From NCBI GenBank assembly GCA_047634655.1, contig JBLIHY010000001.1, positions 1 through 48,313 of the forward strand: a stretch of DNA of 48,313 bases, in the 5' to 3' direction. The translations under genes and the position numbers were made by a program. The first letter of the stretch is position 1. Each line of letters starts with the position of its first letter. The DNA is from Cellvibrionaceae bacterium. GTDB taxonomy: Bacteria > Pseudomonadota > Gammaproteobacteria > Pseudomonadales > Cellvibrionaceae. The notes under the pieces are model-generated. The model had not been told where the DNA came from. It saw only the letters and a list, made by a program, of their open reading frames with translations, and did no database searches. Below are positions 9,175 through 17,121 of the stretch, in pieces.

Positions 9175-9845
9175 CAGCCCTTAAATTATTAATAATAAAA
9201 AATTTGTATATTGCGAAGAGCTTATTAAATACCCTAAAGTAAAAGATTATCATTTGCTAATGACTATTTAAATTTTTAGCGTGACCAAAGAATTTTTTAT
9301 ATTATTTTTTATTGCTGTTCCGTTAATTTTTAAAAACCAGCTTGGTATTAATCAGGTGGCTCTGAGTCTATTGGCTCGCCTTTGAGCAATACTATAAGTT
9401 TTCATTTCTCAAATAGATTTAGCGTTAGTGCTTGTAGAGTTTGCTGTATGCTTTTAGTCAAATCTGACTAAAACTTTAAGAAAACAAGCATCAAATAAAT
9501 ACACATCAAAATCCATATTTATGCCAGTATTTTATTTTTAAATTCCACTTTATCTATTCGAAAAATAATTATACTTTCCATCTGGCTTTATAAACGTCCG
9601 CTATAGTCTTGGCGGATAAGTTAAAATTATTGCTTAGAAACACATAGTGCTTGCCAGTCTTTGCATCTATATAGCTAACGCCTCGAATTTTCAATTATTT
9701 AAGCGATTAAAAATGACAGAGCTTCCCTGTGCTGTAGAATTCTCTGAATTGACTAGGTATTCCCTGATGCAGTTGAGGCGCATAGTCGCAACTTGCTACA
9801 GAGTTTTTTATTAAATACCAAAATTTGTAACCAGCGAGGCCGCCA

Positions 9846-10235
9846 ATGAAACATCGACAAAAAATGCTCCCCAACTGGAGTCTCGGACCCTTTCGGCTCT
9901 TACTTTTTTTGGCATTGGTGCTCGTTACCCAGCAAATGTTAACCAACACACCGGCATCAATATTTGCTTCAATATGGGATAAGTTATTACATTTTTTCGC
10001 CTGGGGCCTGATTTTTTTTCTAGCTTATGGTGCCAGTCAAAGTCGCCGATCATTTATGTTGCTTTCGCTAGCGATCTTAATTTACTCATTAATATTAGAG
10101 ATGCTGCAGCCGTTAGTCTCACAGCGGATCTTTTCTATGGGTGATATACTAAGCAATGTCACGGGTGGCGTGTTTGCTTATTTTCTTATATCTACAGCGG
10201 ATAATTTTTTGAAAAAATGGTGTGTCAAAAGTTGA
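9846..10235 (+). CDS. VanZ-like family membrane protein
   Basis: 129 aa and 4 TM helices. It shows the VanZ pattern DK..H....G, E..Q, R and D..SN..GG. Long AT-rich spacers flank it on both sides. Confidence 0.65.
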   Translation: MKHRQKMLPNWSLGPFRLLLFLALVLVTQQMLTNTPASIFASIWDKLLHFFAWGLIFFLAYGASQSRRSFMLLSLAILIYSLILEMLQPLVSQRIFSMGDILSNVTGGVFAYFLISTADNFLKKWCVKS

Positions 10236-10537
10236 GGTTACCGGTCTATTAAAATTATTTTATTCGCTATTTTTCTTTAAAAATATTAAATTTTTGAATT
10301 CGAATTCAATGAATAAGCACTTTTGTAAATCAGGTATTTAATTCTTATTAAAATAAACTTATAAATTCTCGCCTACTAAGCAGTTGTTTCTAAAAAAAGA
10401 CTTCCATGGCTTTTTTCAACATTAGCAGCTAAAGTACTTCGATTTTTTGGTGTTTTTACTGCGCGCATCGGCTTTCAATCTGTAGCTATTTTTCGTTTGT
10501 CTTTTGCTGCCAAGGTAAGCACGAGCCAGCAAAATGC

Positions 10538-10559
10538 GCGGAAATATCCGCTTTTTTTT
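10538..10559 (+). terminator. Intrinsic-terminator-like hairpin (GCGGA-AATA-TCCGC) followed by T8
   Basis: A 5-bp GC stem with a 4-nt loop and eight T residues, read directly. It lies 300 nt downstream of the vanZ-like gene and 42 nt beyond the stop of the convergent MFS gene. Confidence 0.5.
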
Positions 10560-10600
10560 CAATAGTTTTACCCGATTAATACCGACGAATGGGCCATGGC

Positions 10601-11845
10601 TTATTCATCTGTCAAAACTTCGACTTCGGGTAAGCGTAAGGCCAGTAATGCTGCCACTAAACTCATCATCGATAGCAGGGTAATTACTGCGGCAACACTG
10701 AAAAATTGTGCCACCACGCCAAAAAGCGAGCAAACGAGTAGCATGACGCCGATAAGGCTATTTCCCAGTGCGACGTAATCGGTACGCTGGTCGCCCTCTG
10801 CCATATCTACCAGATAGATTTTGCGTCCCAGGCGCACGCCTTGGTAGGCAAAAATCTGGAAAAAAAAGGCCAGGGTCAGCCACAAGTTAAACGAAGTTTC
10901 AAGATTATGATTAATAGTCACGGATAACAGGCCGTTTATTGCCACAATTATTCCCGCTATGATTAATACCCAGCGGCTGGACCAGTCCGCCAGCTTTCCC
11001 CAGATAGGCCCTGACGCTATAGCAGCCAAACTGCTGGCCATTACTAACAGTCCCAATTGAGACCGTTGAGAAGAAGATTCTTGGATAAGTATGGTGTAGA
11101 ACGGAGTGATCAATGCTGAGGACAATAATAGCGTCCGCACCAGTATAAAATTCCTAAAGTTGCGGTCTCTCCATAGCAGCGCCGTCGATGTGGTATTAGC
11201 GCTATCATCGCTGCTTTCTTCGGCGGGCTCAAAAATTAATTGGTAAACAGCCGCTGCTACTATCCATAGAAAGCTTGCTACTAGCAAGATAAGCACGTGT
11301 ACGTCCCGACCATTCTCGTTGTTTCTCCATAACAGCAAACCTACTAACAACGTCAATAGGCCAGCGACACTGGCGCTCCAACCAGAGAGTTTGCCGCGCC
11401 GGGTTTTGGGGATGGTGCGCCCTATCACATCCTTGGAGGCTATGGAGCACAAGCTGCGAGCGAGGCTGAAACCCGACAGGACTAAGAGCAATAAAGTTCC
11501 CGCCAGGAGACCGTTCAGAAAGGCGACAATCACAGACATGGAAAATATGGCCAGTGCCTGTCCAATACAGCCATAAATCCACACTCGCTTGCGTTGCCGC
11601 TGACGTTTGACAAAGGCTGTCCACCACAATTGTGGCAATAGCGATCCGGATTCTCGTAGTGGTATCAAGGCGCTGATTAACAATATCGGTACCTCCAAGC
11701 TTTGCATTACCCAAGGCAGTATTGTTTTGACATCCACCAGAGCATCCCCCAGTTTCGTCAGCCCTTGTGCCAAAAGTTGCAATAGAAAATTACGCGGAAC
11801 ATGCTGATCCGCTGATAGATCGCTGTTTTTTTGATTAGCTACCAC
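10601..11845 (-). CDS. MFS transporter
   Basis: 414 aa with about 12 predicted TM helices in two halves. Its start overlaps the yqaA-like stop by 7 nt, indicating an operon. Confidence 0.8.
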   Translation of the reverse strand: MVANQKNSDLSADQHVPRNFLLQLLAQGLTKLGDALVDVKTILPWVMQSLEVPILLISALIPLRESGSLLPQLWWTAFVKRQRQRKRVWIYGCIGQALAIFSMSVIVAFLNGLLAGTLLLLVLSGFSLARSLCSIASKDVIGRTIPKTRRGKLSGWSASVAGLLTLLVGLLLWRNNENGRDVHVLILLVASFLWIVAAAVYQLIFEPAEESSDDSANTTSTALLWRDRNFRNFILVRTLLLSSALITPFYTILIQESSSQRSQLGLLVMASSLAAIASGPIWGKLADWSSRWVLIIAGIIVAINGLLSVTINHNLETSFNLWLTLAFFFQIFAYQGVRLGRKIYLVDMAEGDQRTDYVALGNSLIGVMLLVCSLFGVVAQFFSVAAVITLLSMMSLVAALLALRLPEVEVLTDE

Positions 11846-12270
11846 GCAATGATCTCCTGGGCTAAGGCAATGACTAGCCAGTAACGCACGCCTTTGCCAA
11901 TGGCAGTGAGCAAAACAAACGGCAGAAACGACACTCGCATAACCCCTGCAATGAACGTCAAGGCATCACCACCTATTGGTAACCAGGCCAGTAGTAGACT
12001 CCAGACCCCGTAGCGCTGAAACCAGGCCTGCGCTCGATGTAAAGATCGGCCCTTGAAAGGAAACCACTTGCGGTTTTCAAAGTGCGTTAAATAAATGCCT
12101 ATTAACCAATTGATCACCGCGCCCAAGGTATTGCCTGCCGTTGCCACTAGCCACAGCAGCAGGGTAGATTTCTCTTGAGCCAGTAACGCTACCAGGGTAA
12201 TTTCGGAATAAAATGGCAGCAGCGTGGCAGCGAGAAAAGCACTGGCAAACAGCAAGGTGTAACTGATCAT
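11839..12270 (-). CDS. yqaA: YqaA/DedA-type (SNARE-associated domain) inner membrane protein
   Basis: From the ATG at 12270 (MISYTLLFASAFLAATLLPFYSEITLVALL...) the product is 143 aa, matching YqaA size and motifs (GNTLGAVINW, GDALTFIAG). The 46-aa upstream extension in the ORF track was rejected. Confidence 0.8.
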   Translation of the reverse strand: MISYTLLFASAFLAATLLPFYSEITLVALLAQEKSTLLLWLVATAGNTLGAVINWLIGIYLTHFENRKWFPFKGRSLHRAQAWFQRYGVWSLLLAWLPIGGDALTFIAGVMRVSFLPFVLLTAIGKGVRYWLVIALAQEIIAW

Positions 12271-12521
12271 TGAATCTTTTCCAGAGGATGAGCAAGCTTT
12301 GGTTTTCGGAAGTGCGCGCGCACAGTTTTCACAACCCAGCAGAATAAGCGAAGCTGACGCTGGTGATAAGGCAAGTCCTCTGAATGCCACCGCAGCTCCG
12401 GAAGACAAGAAGGTTGCCGACTTTCAGTTATCTGCACAAAAATGTCATCGGCTTCGCCGCAATGTTGCGAATCAATATGGTCTCCAATGCCGATAATTGC
12501 GCCATCAATCGATAGTATCAA
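12267..12521 (-). CDS. Hypothetical small protein, possibly translationally coupled to yqaA (very uncertain)
   Basis: The ORF's TGA stop overlaps the yqaA ATG (ATGA). Its frame stays open upstream to about 12560 with TTG candidates. The composition is atypical (rich in R/H/W/C) and I recognise no family. Confidence 0.25.
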   Translation of the reverse strand: MILSIDGAIIGIGDHIDSQHCGEADDIFVQITESRQPSCLPELRWHSEDLPYHQRQLRLFCWVVKTVRAHFRKPKLAHPLEKIQ

Positions 12522-12913
12522 TTTGGCGTTCCCGGTGGTTATTGTAGTTACACAACAAGCCCGGGCGCTGGCCAGCCTGTTATGCGCTTACTTATTGTGC
12601 ATTCGAGAATGTCTCGAGATGGCGAATGCGCTGTTCGTTCCACATAGAGCTAATATTTTATCATTGCTGGATCGATAGCTAAAAAAAGCTAGGCAACTTT
12701 TGCCAAGTTACCGGCATTGTCGCGGCGAGTTAAGGCGGTCGGTAAAAATAGGCTTTTCTTCAACACAGTCTTTTCACGGCTGACTATTGAGTTAGCGTAA
12801 ACTTTTTATTCGATAACTCGGATTTAGTACCATCTCTCCGAGTTTAGCCCTAGTACCAACTAAGATGGTGTGACATTATCCGCTGCAAATTTGACCGCTT
12901 TGGGAAGGTGCCA

Positions 12914-14335
12914 ATGAATACTTATTACTGGCACGATTACGAGACCTGGGGAACGCAACCCAGTGTGGACAAGCCGGTACAGTTTGCGGGCGTACGCACG
13001 GATCTCGAACTGAACCCGCTGGGAGAACCACTGGTTTTCCACTGTCGGCCCAGCGCCGATTGTTTGCCGCAGCCAGAGGCTTGCTTGGTCACGGGAATGA
13101 CTCCGCAGATAGCGATGGAAAACGGAGTCCCGGAGCCGGATTTCTTTCGTTTGATCCATCGGCAGCTCTCACAACCCGGCACCTGTGCCGTGGGCTATAA
13201 CAGCATACGTTTCGATGACGAAGTGACTCGCTATGGGTTCTACCGCAACTTTTACGATCCTTATGAGCGCGAGTGGAAGCAGGGAAATAGTCGCTGGGAC
13301 ATTATCGATATGGTCAGGATGGTTTACGCTCTCAGGCCGGAAACCCTCAACTGGCCATTGAATGACGACAAGGTTCCCAGCTTTAAATTAGAGGCATTGA
13401 GCCGTGCTAACGGCATCGATCACCAAGCGGCCCACGATGCTTTATCAGACGTCTATGCAACCATCGGTTTGGCAAAGCTGATCAAGACTCGTCAGGCTAA
13501 GTTGTATGAGTATGCCTATAGTCTCCGAGACAAAAAACGGGTCGCGCAACTTATCGATCTGAACACACACAAACCGCTACTGCACATTTCGTCGCGCTTT
13601 GCCGCCGCCAGAGGTTGCGCGGCACTGGTGATTCCGTTGATGTGTCACCCCACCAATAAAAACCGAGTTATTTGCTACGACTTGTCAGTCGATCCGGCCC
13701 CTTTGATTGAACTGTCTCCGGAGGCAGTTGCGGAGCGCGTCTTTGCGAAACAGGAAGCCTTACCCGATTCCGCGGAGCGCATTCCGTTGAAGGAAGTGCA
13801 TCTAAACAAGTCACCTATACTGGCCACCACAAAATTATTGGATGAAGCTGCCGCCAAACGCCTGGGTATTGATAAATCTTCCTGTGAGCGGCACTGGCAA
13901 CAGCTGCTCGCTGTCGATCTTACGGAAAAATTAACAGCCATTTATGGCGAAGTCGATCGCCCGGCGTCGCTGGATGCGGAACGGCAACTCTACGATGGCT
14001 TTATCGGCGATGGCGATAAATATTTACTCGAAAAAATCCGCGAGGCCGCGCCGGAGAATTTACGGCAATTCTCCGAGCAGTTGGCGGATGAACGCCTGCG
14101 CGTACTGCTATTTCGCTACCGCTCTCGACATTATCCCGAGACCCTGGACGATGAAGAAAGCGTTCGTTGGAAACAATGGTGTTACTGGCGTCTCACGGAT
14201 CCCCAGGCAGGGGCCAGTTTGGTGCTCGATACCTATTTTCAGCGACTGGACGAGTTGAAGCAGAATCCCGAATGTAATCAGGCGATTATTCAGCAGCTGG
14301 TAGACTACGGCGATAGCCTGCTGGCCGACGCTTAA
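12914..14335 (+). CDS. sbcB: Exodeoxyribonuclease I
   Basis: N-terminus YWHDYETWGTQPSVDKPVQFAGVRTD plus AHDALSDV (DEDDh exonuclease), with a full-length SbcB-like C-terminal domain. GGAAGG Shine-Dalgarno sequence lies before the ATG at 12914. Confidence 0.95.
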   Translation: MNTYYWHDYETWGTQPSVDKPVQFAGVRTDLELNPLGEPLVFHCRPSADCLPQPEACLVTGMTPQIAMENGVPEPDFFRLIHRQLSQPGTCAVGYNSIRFDDEVTRYGFYRNFYDPYEREWKQGNSRWDIIDMVRMVYALRPETLNWPLNDDKVPSFKLEALSRANGIDHQAAHDALSDVYATIGLAKLIKTRQAKLYEYAYSLRDKKRVAQLIDLNTHKPLLHISSRFAAARGCAALVIPLMCHPTNKNRVICYDLSVDPAPLIELSPEAVAERVFAKQEALPDSAERIPLKEVHLNKSPILATTKLLDEAAAKRLGIDKSSCERHWQQLLAVDLTEKLTAIYGEVDRPASLDAERQLYDGFIGDGDKYLLEKIREAAPENLRQFSEQLADERLRVLLFRYRSRHYPETLDDEESVRWKQWCYWRLTDPQAGASLVLDTYFQRLDELKQNPECNQAIIQQLVDYGDSLLADA

Positions 14336-14446
14336 TTCTTCGTAGCTGAAACCCCCAAAGCTGTTTAAAATGCATAACGGGTTGTAATAAGCTACCTCGT
14401 CAACTTCACTCCACTCCACCCAATGTAGAACCCATAGACCATCACT

Positions 14447-15457
14447 GTGAAATTTACCGGCGCCCATATACTTTCCATTCAACAATTTGAGCAGCAAGAC
14501 ATCGACGCGATCTTCCGCGTCGCCGACGCCATGTTGCCCTATGCCCGTCGACAAAAAATGACACGGGTATTGGAAGGGGCAATTTTGGGCAATATGTTTT
14601 TCGAGGCCAGCACCCGCACCCGCGTTAGCTTTGGCAGTGCCTTTAACCTGCTTGGGGGTAATGTGCGAGAGACCACGGGGTTTGAGAGTTCAGCCTTATC
14701 TAAAGGTGAATCCTTGTATGATACGGCCCGGGTATTGTCTGGTTACAGCGATGTGATTTGTATGCGACACCCCCAGGCGCATTCCGTCAGCGAATTTGCT
14801 AAGGCCAGTCGGGTTCCGGTGATCAATGGAGGCGATGGCCATAACGAGCATCCCACCCAGGCTCTGCTGGACCTCTATACCATCCGCAAAGAGCTGGCGT
14901 CCAAGGGTCGAGGCATAGATGGTCTGCGCATTGCCATGATCGGCGATCTCAAATACGGTCGCACGGTTCACTCCCTGTCTCAGTTACTGTGCCTTTATAA
15001 AAATATTCAGGTCATTCTAGTTTCACCAAAAGAGTTGGCGATGCCGGCCGAATTAGTGGAAGCGCTGAGATTAGCAGGTCACCAGGTCGCGATTTCCGAA
15101 GAGCTTAGCTCCAGTATTTCTCATGTGGACATTGCCTACTCTACGCGCATTCAGGAAGAGCGCTTTCAATCGAGAGAAGAGGCCGACCTCTATCGAGGTC
15201 GCTTTCGATTGAATCAGCGTATTTATACCCAATTTTGTGAGCCAAACACCGTTATCATGCACCCCTTGCCACGCGATTCGCGAGCCGAGGCCAATGAGTT
15301 GGATAGTGATTTGGATAAAAATCCCAATTTGGCCATCTTCCGCCAAGCCGATAACGGTGTCGTTGTCCGCATGGCTTTATTTGCCTTGGTGTTAAGTGTG
15401 GCAGAACAGGTGGAACATCATGCCTCTGAGGTGCGTTGGTTCCCAGGTAAGCGTTAA
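14447..15457 (+). CDS. pyrB: Aspartate carbamoyltransferase catalytic chain
   Basis: FFEASTRTR, HPTQALLD, GDLKYGRTVHS, TRIQEER and HPLPR motifs. GTG start. Confidence 0.9.
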   Translation: MKFTGAHILSIQQFEQQDIDAIFRVADAMLPYARRQKMTRVLEGAILGNMFFEASTRTRVSFGSAFNLLGGNVRETTGFESSALSKGESLYDTARVLSGYSDVICMRHPQAHSVSEFAKASRVPVINGGDGHNEHPTQALLDLYTIRKELASKGRGIDGLRIAMIGDLKYGRTVHSLSQLLCLYKNIQVILVSPKELAMPAELVEALRLAGHQVAISEELSSSISHVDIAYSTRIQEERFQSREEADLYRGRFRLNQRIYTQFCEPNTVIMHPLPRDSRAEANELDSDLDKNPNLAIFRQADNGVVVRMALFALVLSVAEQVEHHASEVRWFPGKR

Positions 15458-15516
15458 TCGCTTTCACCGTTTATTCGTTCTCTTACCCATTACTATTATT
15501 CAGTTGCCACTTCGTC

Positions 15517-16665
15517 ATGACTCAATTTGATGATATTCGCCCTTATTGCGACGATGAAGTTCGACCAACGGTTGAACGACTGCTCGGCGACGATGAGTTC
15601 ATCGATATTATTATCCGCTTCCTTTGTCCAAAGCTGCCTCGCTATCTGAGCGGCTTTTGCCGCCCAATCATTCGCTATTTTCTGGATAGAAAACTGCGAA
15701 ATGTCCAAACCGTAAACGATTTGCAACGCTATATCGAAAGCTATATTCGACGAATGCTCAACGAAACCACTTTAGGTCTAACAATTTCAGGAGAAGAAAA
15801 CCTCACTAGAGAACGCGCCCATTTGTTTATCAGCAACCATCGAGATATCGTTGCTGATCCAGCCGTTGTTAACTGGACCTTGCTCCAGCGTGGCCATAAA
15901 ACTTTACATGTCGCCGTCGGCGATAATCTACTGACCAAACCCTGCGTGTCCGACCTGATGCGCTTAAACAAAAGCTTTATTGTCAACCGCTCTGCCAAAG
16001 GATCGCGGGAAAAATTCAAGGCCGCTAAGCATCTGTCATCTTACGTTCACCACGCCATTACAAAGGAACAATCCAATATTTGGATCGCGCAGCGAGAAGG
16101 GCGGGCAAAAGATGGTATTGATCGAACCAATAGTGCAGTCATCAGTATGCTAGCGCTGCACAAACCGAAAAGTTTGCCTTTGACAGACTGCATCCACGAA
16201 CTCAATATTGTCCCTGTATCCATCTCCTACGAACGCGACCCCTGCGATATTCTAAAAGCTAAAGAGCTTTACATTCAGGGTAGCGAGGGTCGTTACCAGA
16301 AAGCCGAGTATGAAGACGTGGCCAGTATTGCTCAGGGGATCACAGGCTTTAAGGGGCGGGTTCACGTCGCTTTTGGCGCACCGCTCGATGGCGAATATCA
16401 GACCGTGGGAGGTGTTGTGGCGGAACTGGACCAAAAAATTATTCACAACTATGTTCTGCAGCCCAGTAATTGTGTGGCATACGAAAAACTCCACGGCGAG
16501 CTGCCGGAGGGTGTTGTGGTAACCGCAGATCAAGTCCCCTTTCTGGAGGCTGACTTTGCCATGGAGTGCCAACAATTCAATGATCATGTTTGCCAATGCG
16601 ACGAAGCTTATCGAAATATCCTACTGAGCATGTACGCGAATCCGATAGTCAGTCAGTATTCTTAA
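15517..16665 (+). CDS. PlsC-family (lysophospholipid/glycerol-phosphate) acyltransferase
   Basis: H-x4-D block NHRDIVADP and the acyltransferase block III-like AQREGRAKDG. 382 aa. Confidence 0.8.
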   Translation: MTQFDDIRPYCDDEVRPTVERLLGDDEFIDIIIRFLCPKLPRYLSGFCRPIIRYFLDRKLRNVQTVNDLQRYIESYIRRMLNETTLGLTISGEENLTRERAHLFISNHRDIVADPAVVNWTLLQRGHKTLHVAVGDNLLTKPCVSDLMRLNKSFIVNRSAKGSREKFKAAKHLSSYVHHAITKEQSNIWIAQREGRAKDGIDRTNSAVISMLALHKPKSLPLTDCIHELNIVPVSISYERDPCDILKAKELYIQGSEGRYQKAEYEDVASIAQGITGFKGRVHVAFGAPLDGEYQTVGGVVAELDQKIIHNYVLQPSNCVAYEKLHGELPEGVVVTADQVPFLEADFAMECQQFNDHVCQCDEAYRNILLSMYANPIVSQYS

Positions 16666-17121
16666 AAATAGCCGTCGATATGGTATCTTTTGCCGTGCAA
16701 TTAATTTACTCAAAGGCCTGCTGAGTTAATTTTTATACTGTGTGTCTGCTCCGAATTTTTCTATTTCTTGAAGGCTTTAGCCAGTCATATGTCTGAAATA
16801 CTTCCAGTAAATTATTTTTGATAGAAGTATAAAAAATCAAGCAAAGCTTTCCGCTAGCAAACATTAATTAAGAATGTTTTTGCTGGACCTCGAAAATACT
16901 ACTGAGTCGGAAACAAAGAATATCCTGAGATCTCAAATACGCTGTAAATACATTCCCTAGGCACTGTGTTGCCCGCAGTGATACAAGTAAGGAGTGAGAG
17001 TGGGATGCTTACGCTACAGTAGCTGCCTTCGAAAACCTGAAATCTTAGGCCACTCTTTTTATAAGAATCCCTTTAGCAAATCCAAAATGGTTTCTTTCAG
17101 GGTTAACGAATAGGCTCCTAA

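Noticed and set aside
9281-9385. GTG-initiated 34-codon hydrophobic mini-ORF (MTKEFFILFFIAVPLIFKNQLGINQVALSLLARL*) downstream of the Mrp-like cluster
   Set aside because: It has no Shine-Dalgarno sequence. T-rich codons arise trivially in AT-rich DNA, and I could assess no conservation evidence. I kept it only as a remark.
10298-10310. 13-nt string ATTCGAATTCAAT shared with 43556-43568 (upstream of ahcY)
   Set aside because: It is short, AT-rich and self-complementary (GAATTC cores). A chance match is plausible in 48 kb, and no further copies were seen.
11839-12408. Long N-terminal extension of the yqaA ORF (to 12408), and of the yrfG ORF at 24710-25480
   Set aside because: Both extensions precede internal ATGs that give proteins of canonical length and N-terminal motifs. 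The extension sequences look non-genic.
16962-16980. LexA (SOS) box upstream of dinG: CACTG-N9-CAGTG
   Set aside because: The gammaproteobacterial SOS box is CTGT-N8-ACAG (CTG-N10-CAG). This palindrome has 9-nt spacing between CTG and CAG and lacks the AT-rich centre. No better match was seen in 16666-17121.
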